Assembly: GCA_002269645.1 (NCBI GenBank)
Contig: NIVC01001575.1
Span: 38,691-102,690, forward strand
DNA from: Macrostomum lignano
Lineage: Eukaryota
Direction of reading: 5' to 3'
Length of the DNA: 64,000 bases
Shown here: positions 42,701-54,579 of the stretch, in pieces
Layout of the letters: each line of letters opens with the position of its first letter
Position numbering within the stretch: the first letter of the stretch is position 1
Program-made: the position numbers and the translations under genes
The notes under the pieces: generated by a model
Database searches by the model: none
The model's input: the letters and a program-made list of their open reading frames with translations, nothing else
What the model was told of the DNA's origin: nothing

Positions 42701-45700
42701 CAAACAGGTACACGCCTGCGCAGCCATGGTAAACTTCAGCGAAAGCTGTCCAAAATCCATTCTAACAATCTACTTGGACAGCCTAATTAGCAAGCTGGAA
42801 CAAATTCTAAGCACCAAGTTCCAGGAGCTGGTGCAGAAAGGCAACAAAATGGTTATTGAACAGGTTGTCACTACTCTGGCCTCGGTTGCCGATACGGCCG
42901 AGGAAAAATTCATCCAGTACTACGACAAGTTCATGCCCTGTCTAAAGTACATCATGGAAAATGCCGTACAGAAGGAGCTGAGCCTGCTACGCGGCAAAAC
43001 TATCGAGTGCATCTCGCTGATTGGCCTGGCTGTTGGTAAAGAGAAATTCCTTGCCGACGCGTCTGCTGTTATGCAAATGCTGCTCAGGACTCAAACTGAT
43101 CATCCACTGGCTGAGGACGATCCTCAGGTGCGCATCTACTTATGTTTAGTTCTTTTATTAAAAGATAACTTTGTCCCTTTCACCCTTACACTTCTAGTGG
43201 CACCTGTGTAGGCTATGAAATGGCACTTCTAGTGGCACCTGTGTAGTGCATAAAATGACACTCCTAGTGGCACCTGTGTAGGATATAAAATGGCACTCCT
43301 AGTGGCACCTGTGTAGGCTATGAAATGGCACTTCTAGTGGCACCTGTGTGGTCCATAACTAGCACTTTCAGTAACGTCATTCTAGCCTCTAAAATTACTG
43401 CCTCTACTAGCGTCTGTCTCGCGCCTAAAAGGTCACTTCTAATGGTGTCCTCTAGTGGCATTCATATAGCGTCGAAATGACACTTCTCATAGTCATTCTC
43501 CCGGCCCACCTCGCCGCCGCAGATGACCTATATGATTTCGGCCTGGGCTCGTATGTGCAAAATCATGGGTCGCGAGTTCGAGCCCTACCTACCCCTAGTA
43601 ATGGGCCCGGTAATGAAAGCGGCGGAGATCAAGCCCGAAGTGTGCATCATGGACTCCGAGGAGGTGCAGAACGCCGAGCAGGATCCCGAATGGCAATTTA
43701 TTAAGCTGGCCGACGAGCAGAACTTTGCCATCAAGACTAGCGGCCTGGAGGACAAGGCCAACGCCTGTCAGATGCTTGTCTGCTACGCCAGAGAGCTGCG
43801 CGAAGCTTTCGCTCCCTACACGGAGCAGGTGGCTCAGCTGATGGTGCCGCTGCTGAAGTTCTACTTTCACGACGAGGTTCGTTCGGCTGCTTGCGAATCG
43901 CTGCCGCATCTGCTGGAGTGCGCCAGGTCGCAGGGTGAGTAACCTGCGAATGGTAGTTTATACCTACTATAATATCCATCCTGATCCTTGATCCTCTTCC
44001 TCATCCTAGATCCCCATTCTGATCCTAGATCCTCACGTCACTCTGCTCCTAGATCCCCACTCTGCTCTTAGATTTCCATTCTGCTCCTAGATCCCCAATC
44101 CTGATCATGGATCCCCAACCTGATCCTTGATCCTCTTCCTGATCCTAGATCCCCATCCTGATCCTAGATCCCCATCCTGATCCTTGATCCGCTTCCTGGT
44201 CCTAGATCCCATTCTGATCCTAAATCCCCACTCTGGTCCTAGAACCCCATTCCACCTAATTCCCCATTCTGATCCTAGATCCCCATCCTCATAACCCAGA
44301 TCACCCCTATACAATTCCATAAACCAATGCTCCATCATATTGACCACAGTGAATCCTCATTCCGCAAGTCGCAGGCACAGCAACAATGAACCCTATTGAC
44401 TTACTCATCCCCTCTCAGGCCCCACCTTCCTCGGCAACCTGTGGGGCTACATTCGGCCGAGTCTGATTGCCGCAATCGGTGATGAGCCCGAGCCCGAAGT
44501 TCAAGCCGACGGCCTGAGCAGCCTAGCTCAGTGCATCGAAGCCATGGGAGCAGGCTGTCTAGCGGACAGCATGGACCCCTGTCTCGAACTCCTTGAGAAG
44601 CTGCTCAATTCTCATTTTGAAAAAGCCGAAAAGCGTCAGGCCGCTCGTCACGACGAAGATTACGACGATGTCGAAGAGGAACGACTGAAAACCGAAGGCG
44701 AAGACGACGAATACGTACTCTCCCGCGTGGCTGACGTACTGCACTCGCTGCTCAGCGCCTACAAGCAGCAGTTCGAACCGCAACTGCAGCGTCTGCTACC
44801 GCTAATTGCTAAACTATTGGACGAGAGCCGCTCCTGGCTAGATTGGCAATGGGGTGTATGCATCTTTGACGACGTTATTGAGCACCTGGGACCGGCTAGC
44901 TTTCGCTATCAGGAGGTCAGATTCATTATTATTTGTTAATTAATAGGTGGAAGCGAAAATACATTGTCGTATTTAACACTGAGCTGAAACCAGTTAGGTT
45001 ACCAAAAAACGGGACTTATAACTTTATATAAGTGAACCCAAACCAGAGTGACGCCAGTCCAACTAGAGTGACCCCAGTCCAACTAGAGTGACCCCAGTCC
45101 AACTAGAGTGACCCCAGTCTAGAATGACCCCAGTCCAACTAGAGTGACCCCAGTCTAGAATGACCCCAGTCCAACTAGAGTGACCCCAGTCTAGAATGAC
45201 CCCAGTCCAACTAGAGTGACCCCAGTCTAGAATGACCCCAGTCCAACTAGAGTGACCCCAGTCTAGAATGACCCCAGTCCAACTAGAGTGACCCCAGTCT
45301 AGAATGACCCCAGTCCAACTAGAGTGACCCCAGTCTAGAATGACCCCAGTTCAACTAGAGTGACCCCAGTCCAACTAGAGTGACCCCAGTCCAACTAGAG
45401 TGACCCCAGTCCAACTAGAGTGACCCCAGTCCAACTAGAGTGACCCCAGTCCAACTAGAGTGACCCCAGTCCAACTAGAGTGACCCCAGTCCAACTAGAG
45501 TGACCCCAGTCCAACTAGAGTGACCCCAGTCTAGAGTGACCCCAGTCTAGAATGACCCCAGTCCAACTAGAGTGACCCCAGTCTAGAATGACCCCAGTCC
45601 AACTAGAGTGACCCCAGTCTAGAATGACCCCAGTCCAACTAGAGTGACCCCAGTCCAACTAGAGTGACCCCAGTCCAACTAGAGTGACCCCAGTCCAACT

Positions 45701-47206
45701 AGAGTGACCCCAGTCCAACTAGAGTGACCCCAGTCCAACTAGAGTGACCCCAGTCCAACTAGAGTGACCCCAGTCCAACTAGAGTGATCCCAGTCCAACT
45801 AGAGTGACCCCAGTCCAACTAGAGTGACCCCAGTCCAACTAGAGTGACCCCAGTCCAACTAGAGTGACCCCAGTCTAGAATGACCCCAGTCCAACTAGAG
45901 TGACCCCAGTCTAGAATGACCCCAGTCCAACTAGAGTGACCCCAGTCTAGAATGACCCCAGTCCAACTAGAGTGACCCCAGTCTAGAATGACCCCAGTCC
46001 AACTAGAGTGACCCCAGTCCAACTAGAGTGACCCCAGTCCAACTAGAGTGACCCCAGTCCAACTAGAGTGACCCCAGTCCAACTAGAGTGACCCCAGTCC
46101 AACTAGAGTGACCCCAGTCCAACTAGAGTGACCCCAGTCCAACTAGAGTGACCCCAGTCTAACTAGAGTGACCCCAGTCCAACTAGAGTGACCCCAGTCC
46201 AACTAGAGTGACCCCAAATTAAAAAAGTGGCCTCAATTCAAAAAGTGACTCCAGGAGTGACCTCAATCAATCTACTGTCGTATCGCTTCACCCGCCCGCC
46301 CAGGTGTTCCTGCCTCGCCTGGTATCCTCGGCGGTGCACAAAGAGCCCGACCTCCGGCAAGCCGCCCTGTACGGCCTCGGCGTTGCCGCTCAGTTTGGCG
46401 GGCCGCAGTACCATCCGACCCTCAGCCAGATGATGCCGTTCCTGGTACAGCTGATCGCAGCCCCAGACTCGCGCAACGAGGACAATGTCAGCTGCACGGA
46501 GAATGCCATCGCTGCGGCTACGAAAATTCTCAAGCACTGCCCGGCTGAGGTGGCCGGACAGCCGCCTGAACAGATCCTGCCAATGTGGCTGAGCTGGCTG
46601 CCAGTGTCCGAGGACAGGGAGGAGACTGAGCACGTCTATGGCTTCCTGTGCGACCTCATTGAGCGGTTAGTGCCCTGTCCGGCTGACTTGACACAGACTG
46701 ACAGACAAACAGACAAACAACAGACAGACTGACTGACTTGACTGACTGACTGACTGACTGACCGACAAACTGACAGACACTTAGACAGACACTAAGACAG
46801 ACACTAAGACAGAAAGACAGACTCGTACCGATCGATATCTAAACAGTCTAAAATAGACAAGTGCAACAAGCGGAACGATTTAATATTGAATTTATTGATT
46901 TAGAAACAAAGAAAACGTAGAAAACGCCAGCTTTACAGATAAAACAACAACGCTGCACCGCCTTACCTCTTCCGCAGCAACGACCCTAACATCCTGGGCC
47001 CCAACAATCAGAACGTGCCCCGCATTCTGGCCATCATTGGCGAGTGCCTGTACCGCGAGGCCCTAGACGAGGACAAGCCAACAGCGGCCCGTATCGTGGC
47101 CATTGCCCGCCAAGTCTTGGCTAATCCTGAGGCTGTGAAAGCCTGCTGGCCGCAGCTCACTGAGCAGCAACAGGCGGCGCTGCAGAGTCGGGTAGCTTCT
47201 CAGTAA
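30682..47206 (+). CDS. IPO5: Importin-5 (karyopherin beta-3), complete, about 1120 aa. Exons: 30682-30795, 38670-39068, 39960-40481, 41369-41776, 42708-43127, 43523-43934, 44419-44915, 46304-46665, 46978-47206
   Basis: Spliced translation has IPO5 hallmarks ([106 protein letters not shown]); all 8 introns are GT-AG with matching phases. Confidence 0.96.
31496..34283. mobile_element. Degenerate CACTA/EnSpm (CMC)-type element of about 2.8 kb in IPO5 intron 1
   Basis: Imperfect 32-bp TIRs (cccatataaccaaaaatattgcctcaatatcg versus the right end, about 25/32 identical), subterminal ttgcc/ggcaa repeats, internal DUF4806-type gene. Confidence 0.55.
31975..33572 (-). pseudogene. DUF4806-family gene with several premature stops
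   Basis: N-terminal MYLVIEF...[10 protein letters not shown]...CLWP...PEETW and C-terminal [42 protein letters not shown]...AQVNSDIK match the DUF4806 protein pattern; contains ORF 32724-33326. Confidence 0.7.
36027..37052. mobile_element. Non-autonomous EnSpm/CACTA-like element, 1026 bp
   Basis: TA|CCC...GGG|TA termini, about 35-bp imperfect TIRs, many GGAATCA/TGATTCC subterminal repeats. Confidence 0.8.
38670..39068 (+). CDS. IPO5: IPO5 exon 2
   Basis: ttgtag acceptor, TQYEQIP...LHLLAQ, gtgtgt donor. Confidence 0.92.
39210..39905. repeat. IPO5 intron 2 minisatellite, about 20-bp unit
   Basis: aagaatcgcccaaacccttc. Confidence 0.96.
39960..40481 (+). CDS. IPO5: IPO5 exon 3
   Basis: tcgcag acceptor, gtatgt donor, 174 codons. 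Confidence 0.94.
40517..41350. repeat. IPO5 intron 3 minisatellite, 22-25-bp units changing along the array
   Basis: ttgagcacacttaaatccgccctt grading into ttaagcacacctaaatccgtca. Confidence 0.95.
41369..41776 (+). CDS. IPO5: IPO5 exon 4
   Basis: aattag acceptor, acidic loop [11 protein letters not shown], gttggt donor. Confidence 0.92.
41815..42580. repeat. IPO5 intron 4 minisatellite, 21-bp unit
   Basis: aagaatcgcctctacccctaa. Confidence 0.96.
42708..43127 (+). CDS. IPO5: IPO5 exon 5
   Basis: aaacag acceptor, [10 protein letters not shown]...DDPQ, gtgcgc donor. Confidence 0.94.
43193..43365. repeat. IPO5 intron 5 minisatellite, 35-bp unit, about 5 copies
   Basis: ctagtggcacctgtgtaggctatgaaatggcactt. 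Confidence 0.9.
43523..43934 (+). CDS. IPO5: IPO5 exon 6
   Basis: ccgcag acceptor, [14 protein letters not shown], gtgagt donor. Confidence 0.95.
43975..44300. repeat. IPO5 intron 6 irregular minisatellite
   Basis: gatcctagatccccatcct variants. Confidence 0.88.
44419..44915 (+). CDS. IPO5: IPO5 exon 7
   Basis: tctcag acceptor, [12 protein letters not shown], gtcaga donor. Confidence 0.94.
45045..46216. repeat. IPO5 intron 7 minisatellite, 20-bp and 16-bp units
   Basis: gtgaccccagtccaactaga interleaved with atgaccccagtctaga. Confidence 0.97.
46304..46665 (+). CDS. IPO5: IPO5 exon 8
   Basis: gcccag acceptor, [16 protein letters not shown], gttagt donor. Confidence 0.94.
46684..46825. repeat. 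IPO5 intron 8 (GACA/GACT)n microsatellite
   Basis: Directly visible. Confidence 0.9.
46978..47206 (+). CDS. IPO5: IPO5 last exon
   Basis: ccgcag acceptor, [19 protein letters not shown] at 47204-47206. Confidence 0.93.
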
Positions 47207-47215
47207 AACAACAAT

Positions 47216-47221
47216 AATAAA
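47216..47221 (+). terminator. Putative IPO5 polyadenylation signal AATAAA
   Basis: 10 nt after the stop codon. Confidence 0.55.
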
Positions 47222-47354
47222 GCGTAAAGTATCTTATCTTGTTCGTTGCGACCTGTGCATCACTGATTGATTAAATTCAACTATGTATTGTAGCTTACCA
47301 GTTTTGTTTCAATTGATTGGGGTGTCTTGATCACTAAGCCTTGTACCCCAAGTC

Positions 47355-47970
47355 TAACATCCTCAAGCTTCAAATCCCCAAGCTTCAAATCCCCAAGCTT
47401 CAAATCCCCAAGCTTCAAATCCCCAAGCTTCAAATCCCCAAGCTTCAAATCCCCAAGCTTCAAATCCCCAGCTTCAAATCCCCAAGCTTCAAATCCCCAA
47501 GCTTCAAATCCCAAGCTTCAAATCCCCAAGCTTCAAATTCTCAAGCTTCAAATCCCCAAGCTTTAAATCCCAAGCTTCAAATCCTCAAGCTTCAAATCCC
47601 CAAGCTTCAAATCCCCAGCTTCAAATCCCCAAGCTTCAAATCCCCAAGCTTCAAATCCCCAGCTTCAAATCCTCAAGCTTCAAATCCCCAAGCTTCAAAT
47701 CCCCAGCTTCAAATCCTCAAGCTTTAAATCCCCAAGCTTCAAATCCCCAGCTTCAAATCCTCAAGCTTCAAATCCCCAAGCTTCAAATCCCCAAGCTTCA
47801 AATCCCCAAGCTTCAAATCCCCAAGCTTTAAATCCCCAAGCTTCAAATCCCCAGCTTCAAATCCTTAAGCTTCAAATCCCAAGCTTCAAATCCTCAAGCT
47901 TCAAATCCCCAAGCTTCAAATCCCCAAGCCTCACATCCCCAAGCTTCAAATCCCCAAGCTTCAAATCCCA
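47355..47970. repeat. Minisatellite, 14-15-bp unit, just 3' of IPO5
   Basis: aagcttcaaatcccc. Confidence 0.96.
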
Positions 47971-48544
47971 GGAAATTCCAGCCACAGCAACGTGTGGAGC
48001 ACCCCTGAGAATAGCCCTATTAGTTGTTTCCAAATCAGTTCAATCTGCGGGAAAGTTAAAACAAAACTGTTAAAGCAAGAAAACCCGGAATTTAATGCCT
48101 GCGTTTCAGTGAAACTTGTTTTTGTTTTTTTAATTAAACGTCCGGTTGCCACTCATGACTCGCCAGTGCTTGGGGAGAAACGCAATCCGCTCTACTGTGC
48201 CTACTATTCAGTAATAGTAGTAACAGTAGTTCAGGCTTGCGTTTTTTATTTTAATTTCTCACGCAACTGGCGACGAATCTATTTTTGGCAATTAAAAATC
48301 TATTGTTAACCACCTGACCTGTATAATGACTGTGCACCAATCTTTTGTTGTTGTTGCAAATGTTCTCTGGCGCGTTATCTACGTTTAGTAATTGGGTATG
48401 TTTTTAAGGCTGCAATTTTCTTCTGATAAAATACTAGTAATTATCCGCTACTACTGATAGTACAAATCGACGGAATTATATTATTTTTTCAACATGTCTG
48501 TCTGTCTGCGGCTCCGCGTGTTGCCTGCGCCGCTTTTTTGTGTG

Positions 48545-49030
48545 CGTCTTCATGTGCATGTGTCTCTTCAAAAGTATGTGTCTTCATGTGTGTCTTCATG
48601 TGCATGTGTCTCTTCAAAAGTATGTGTCTTCATGTGTGTCTTCATGTGCATGTGTCTCTTCAAAAGTATGTGTCTTCATGTGTGTCTTCATGTGCTTGTC
48701 TCTTCAAAAGTATGTAACTTCATGTGTGTTTTCATGTGCATGTGTCTTTTCAAAAGTATGTGTCTTCATGTGTGTCTTCATGTGCATGTGTCTCTTCAAA
48801 AGTATGTGTCTTCATGTGTGTCTTCATGTGCTTGTCTCTTCAAAAGTATGTAACTTCATGTGTGTCTTCATGTGCATGTGTCTTTTCAAAAGTATGTGTC
48901 TTCATGTGCATGTTGTCTTTATGTGCCTATGCCTTCATGCGAATGTGGCTTCATGTGCATATGTCTCTTCAAAGTATGTCTTCATGTGCATATGTCTTCA
49001 TATCCACGTTGACGTCATGTGCATGCGTCT
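48545..49030. repeat. Minisatellite, 46-bp unit built from 12-bp subunits
   Basis: tcttcaaaagtatgtgtcttcatgtgtgtcttcatgtgcatgtgtc. Confidence 0.93.
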
Positions 49031-49864
49031 TCATCTACATTTGTCTTCATGTGCATGTTGCCTTCGTGTGTACATGTATATCTCCTCAAACCAGATAGTC
49101 ATTTTTCTTATTTTTTGTGCTTCTTTCTCGTTTGGTTCCTCCTTTAACAATAATCTAAAACTATATCGTTATGTTAATTATTTTTTAAGTTCCTTGCCAT
49201 TTAACTGCAACTATAGCAAGTAAGGCTATCATATCGCCAGTGCGCTTAGAAACAACCTTTGGTTCTTAATATATTTTTGGTAATTTATTATCACATCCGG
49301 CTTTTCATTTTCCGCCAGTTCGATTTTGTTTATTATAATATTTTTTCTTGCTTCAGTGCGTCTCTCCTGACTTTCTCGAATCGTGTTTGACTGATTGAAT
49401 TTAACAAAAAAATAACTGATTCAGTTTTTAATAATAAATTATTCTATTTATTTATAATACTAATTTTCCTGCGTTGTGGGATAAGCAACTTCCCTGCTGA
49501 AATTGTAATAGAAAAATTGCAAGATTCAAACTAATATTAATAAAAATAACCGTGTCAGTTAACAAAATATATATATTAACAAATATATATATATTTTTGT
49601 TTGCCGTTAGGAATAAATCGACACAGCAAAGCAATGATAGGCCTTTCCTGCTGCTGGACGCTCTGTGAGGAAACTGTACCAGTTTTTTAACTGTTTTGTT
49701 AGTTTATTTATTTGTTTAGTATTTAGTGTGTTTTCGTTAATAGGATTTTTAAAAGTGCATCTGTTTGTAAGGCTGTAAACCTTTTATTATTCATATTTCT
49801 AAAGTTAGTAGTGTATATTAAAGTCAGTAAACAGGTCAGGTTACTGTAACAGCCCTGCTCCCTT

Positions 49865-50710
49865 CTGTGCTCGACTTTGTGCTCCCCTACTCCCCACTGT
49901 GCTCCCCTACTCCCCTCTGTGATCCCCTACTCCCTCTGTGCTCCCCTACTCCCCACTGTGCTCCCCTACTCCCCACTGTGCTCCCCTACTCCCCACTGTG
50001 CTCCCCTACTCCCCACTGTGCTCCCCTACTCCCTCTGTGCTCCCCTACTCCCCACTGTGCTCCCCTACTCCCCACTGTGCTCCCCTACTCCCTCTGTGAT
50101 CCCCTACTCCCTCTGTGATCCCCTACTCCCTCTGTGCTCCCCTACTCCCCACTGTGCTCCCTCACTCCCTCTGTGATCCCCTACTCCCTCTGTGCTCCCC
50201 TACTCCCTCTGTGCTCCCCTACTTCCCACTGTGCTCCTCTACTCCCTCTGTGATCCCCTACTCCCCACTGTGCTCCCCTACTCCCTCTGTGATCCCCTAC
50301 TCCCTCTGTGATCCCCTACTCCCTCTGTGCTCCCCTACTCCCCACTGTGCTCCCTCACTCCCTCTGTGATCCCCTACTCCCTCTGTGCTCCCCTACTCCC
50401 TCTGTGCTCCCCTACTTCCCACTGTGCTCCTCTACTCCCTCTGTGATCCCCTACTCCCCACTGTGCTCCCCTACTCCCTCTGTGATCCCCTACTCCCTCT
50501 GTGATCCCCTACTCCCTCTGTGCTCCCCTACTCCCCACTGTGATCCCCTACTCCCTCTGTGCTCCCCTACTCCCCACTGTGATCCCCTACTCCCTCTGTG
50601 CTCCCCTACTCCCCACTGTGATCCCCTACTCCCTCTGTGCTCCCCTACTCCCTCTGTGATCCCCTACTCCCTCTGTGATCCCCTACTCCCTCTGTGATCC
50701 CCTACTCCCC
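49865..50710. repeat. C-rich minisatellite, 18-19-bp unit
   Basis: ccctactccc(c)(a/t)ctgtg(c/a)t. Confidence 0.96.
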
Positions 50711-50733
50711 CCAAGAGTTTGTTCAACTGTTGC

Positions 50734-52240
50734 TCAACACTCGTCAAGCAGCGGCCTGAGCTCCGCAAAGGTGTGCCTACGCTTCGTTAGCGCTCGTTTA
50801 ACCTTGTCAAGATCGGTGCTGCCACCGCCGCTGTTGACAGACTCGAATCCCGTAGTTGGCCTGCTACTGTCGCTGCCCAGAACACTGTCGGATTTGTCTG
50901 GATTAGCCAGCTGCCAGACAGCCATTTCAACTCGTTGCACGTCGCTGTAGTCTCGAACGGCAACGTACGAGCCTCTTAGTTTCAGTCCGAATCTGACCAG
51001 CTCAAGTTTGGGCTCGTTTTTGTTGAACGACACTAGCCAACGGTTGTCCATAGCTCGCAGATTCAGTTGGCTGGCTAGCGGCAAGAACTGCACGTTGGTG
51101 ATTTTGTACTGCCCAGATAGTTGCTCTAGTTTAGTCTCGATTGAGGCTTTCACTTCCGCGTGGGTCAGCGATGTTCCTTTGTTGTGAATTTGGTTTAATC
51201 TGTTTATTAATTGCAGTGCTCTTGTATCACGACTCCTTGGTTCGATTCCGTGGGCGAACACATTTTCATTTGGGGCTTGTGCGCCCGAATATTGACCAAG
51301 GGTTGTCGTGTGATTTGCATCCATGAGGGTCAACCCCAAAGGCCGCTGTACACCCGTGTAAGCGTCTTTACAGGTACTACGTGCCTGTGTACAATTTGAG
51401 GACTTGCCATTTTTATTTGCGTGTATGCCATTCTATTAGAGGGGGAGTGCCATTTTCATTTGAAGGAGTGCCATTTTCATTTGATGGAGTGCCATTTTCA
51501 TTTGAAGGAGTGCCATTTTCATTTGAGGGAGTGCCATTTTCATTTGAGGGAGTGCCATTTTCATTTGAAGGAGTGCCATTTTCATTTGAGGGAGTGCCAT
51601 TTTCATTTGAGGGAGTGCCATTTTCATTTGAAGGAGTGCCGTTTTCATTTGAAGGAGTGCCATTTTCATTTGAAGGAGTGCCATTTTCATTTGAGGGAGT
51701 GCCATTTTCATTTGAAGGAGTGCCGTTTTCATTTGAAGGAGTGCCATTTTCATTTGAAGGAGTGCCATTTTCATTTGAGGGAGTGCCATTTTATTTGATT
51801 TGAGGGAGTGCCATTTTATTTGATTTGAGGGAGTGCCATTTTATTTGATTTGAGGGAGTGCCATTTTATTTGATTTGAGGGAGTGCCATTTTATTTGATT
51901 TGAGGGAGTGCCATTTTATTTGATTTGAGGGAGTACCATTTACTTTGACAGTGGATTGGGGGGATAGATCTTTGAGAGTCCAAGCAGGCCAGTGCTTGAA
52001 ATTTTAGTTAAATATATGTTGGTGAGTCTTTATGTCTAAGCCAGGTAAATATTTGGAAATCAACGTACCCGGAAAGTTGAAGCAGACAGTAAATGGCAGA
52101 GCAATAAATTTGGGTAAATTCTTAGTGTGCCGATTGTACACTGGCCGAATCATGCGCTTCATTCCGGCGTCCTCTTGCACCATCTTGCCTGTGTGACCTC
52201 TCAGACGGGGCAGCATGCTTTGCACCTTGTAGGGATCCAT
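50734..52240 (-). CDS. Unidentified protein, probably two exons (52069-52240 and 50734-51365, about 267 aa)
   Basis: Non-repetitive 201-codon ORF with protein-like composition; the upstream 78-codon ORF joins in phase via gtacgt donor and gtaaag acceptor across a minisatellite-filled intron. Confidence 0.5.
51440..51940. repeat. Minisatellite, 21-bp unit, with longer variant units at the 3' end
   Basis: gagggagtgccattttcattt. Confidence 0.96.
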
Positions 52241-54367
52241 AATGTATCTTTGGTGGTAATATGGGCTCTCTACCTAGGATATTAATCAACCGCGATTATG
52301 AATTGATACAATGCATCTATGTGTGCCTCAGAGCGACCGTGTACTACGCTGAAATTAACACATTAAACATTTGCATACAATGTTATATATTGTCTGCTTT
52401 CCTTCTGCGATTAATAGTTAATAGACCAATTTGCCCATGCTCACGACTAAACGTTGTTGAGTCCGTGGCGTAAAATAGAAGCGGCAATGCGTTAAATAAT
52501 TGATTTTGCTTAAATTTTGTCACATGCGCGAAGTGGTTTGGCGCAGCTACTGTATATAGGAAGGAAGGGATTGTAAACGCCCTTTGGTTTCAACAATTTC
52601 CTTTCTATTGATATTACATCTCACCAGTCGATTTTTACATTTTATTTACGACGGCCTAGTATATCCCGAAATCTGTGTATTGTAATGTTGTGATCGTATA
52701 CCTTTGACTAGCGAGCTTACAATTTTTCTGACTGGCAATACAAATTGCAAGCTTAACAATTTCATTTGAGGGGTGCCCTCAATCAAGTGAAACAATTATT
52801 ACTTTTACATTTGAGGGAGTGCCCTCAATCGAGTGAAAAAATGATTACTTCTACGTTCGCTTTTCTCGAAAATTTAAGCCCGATTAATTAATTAATAAGC
52901 TTAAAATTTATTTAAAACACTACCGCGATACATTGGAAGATGGCAACAGATGTATACATTTTTATAAATTGTATAGCAATTTCAGACTTAAAACAATGAT
53001 TATGTTCTTGTATGGTTCAAGCATGCAAACCAAACAAAGAAGAGTACCCGTACGTAATTAAACTCAACATTGCATGCCTCAAAGTATTCAAACGTTAATT
53101 TTGGCTTTTCATTTGCAACTACAGTAATCTAAATATACTAAATCTCTAAGGTTTGTATGCTTGAATGTCCATAACGCTCTAGAGATTGCAATCACAATAT
53201 ACTAAATCTCTAAGATCTTCTTATACTAAAAATCAAAACTTCAAATATACTAAAAATCAAAACAAAACCATGTACCTACCTATCTATAGGAACCTTCGTT
53301 TAACTTGACTCTGCGTGGTCCGAATTTCGTGGGGTTTTCTGCATTTTAATCTAAAGCTCAGTAACAACAGTAAAAACCTTACCTATTTAGCATTAACTTA
53401 GTTTTAATCATCAAAAAGTGCTAAGAAATTCGGAGCCAGTTTAAAATTTAAAAGTTTTGATAATGACATACATGTACAAGTATCGGTATAAATTAGGCAA
53501 TAATAATTTTTTTTAATCGAATTACATAACTTGCACTATATTATTACAGAAAAGTATAAAACTGATAAGACAGAGAGCAGGAGAGAAAGATCTAATTAGG
53601 TTAAAACCTAGTATATGTGAAAATAACGAGAGAAATGAGTTATTTGCAGGCCTAGGCTAGGCCTACGTCTAGGGCCTACCTATTATATTGTGACATTGTC
53701 TATTGACATTTGAATACAGAACCAAGGTAGCAATGAATTAAAGGCTACAGGGCAAAGCAAGTCTTTTTTACTGTCTGCCAATAGTGGTTAACACTATGCC
53801 TTATTCGCTGCAGTAAATTCTTGAAAAATTTAATTAAAGTTAAATTTAATTAAATGTAGGATAGGCCTGGCTGGCTGCCTCTGCCTGACCCTAAATATTA
53901 TTTCAAGTCAGTTGTTATTGTTAATGTTTCAATGACTGTATAAATAGTGAAATGGTTATTTTTATGGTCAGCATATAAGACACTATCTGTGCTTAAGGTT
54001 TTAACTTAATGTAACTATACTATAATTATAAATAGCAAAACTGTTATTTTTATGGTCATTGGGGTTGGGAAGAAAGTTCATTTACATTAGTAGTTAGGCA
54101 GCTAACAGCTAAGGCCTAACAATTATAACAGGTCTCTTTCCCATATCATGGGAAATCCCATTGGTTAATTAGCCACTAAGTTGTAACAGATGCAGTTCTT
54201 AGAGTTCTATCCTTTTAAATGATCTTACTGCTATTAATTATATACTTTTATTAGTTAGTAGCACATTAATATAGGGCCTACTTAGTGCATGTATTACCAG
54301 GATGGAATTCTTGCTTGGGGGTAGGAAAACACACACACACACACACATTTTTGGAGTAGCGCGCAAA

Positions 54368-54379
54368 TGCGCATGCGCA
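54368..54379. promoter_or_regulatory. NRF1/Ewg-type palindrome TGCGCATGCGCA
   Basis: Exact consensus match upstream of POLD3; function is inference only. Confidence 0.3.
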
Positions 54380-54579
54380 TGCCAGCTGTAAAAACAAGTC
54401 ATATGCAGATCATGGCCCATGCAACAAAAAATAAAATTTCTAGTTTTCAATTCTATGCTGACGTAAATTAAAAAGTTGTACTTTAAGTGTAAAGTGGCCT
54501 AGCTTGAACACTATATTTTTTAGAGAAAATATTCTTTAAAAATTATAAGAGTTTCACTATTAATAGCATACTAGGCCCT

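Noticed and set aside
48494-50950. Cys/Pro-rich ORFs
   Set aside because: Translations of the 46-bp and 18-19-bp arrays
52537-52544. E2F-like site TTTGGCGC
   Set aside because: Single 8-mer, expected by chance in 64 kb
52940-53000. ATG GCA ACA GAT as the POLD3 first exon
   Set aside because: Short ORF, weak donor, no convincing similarity
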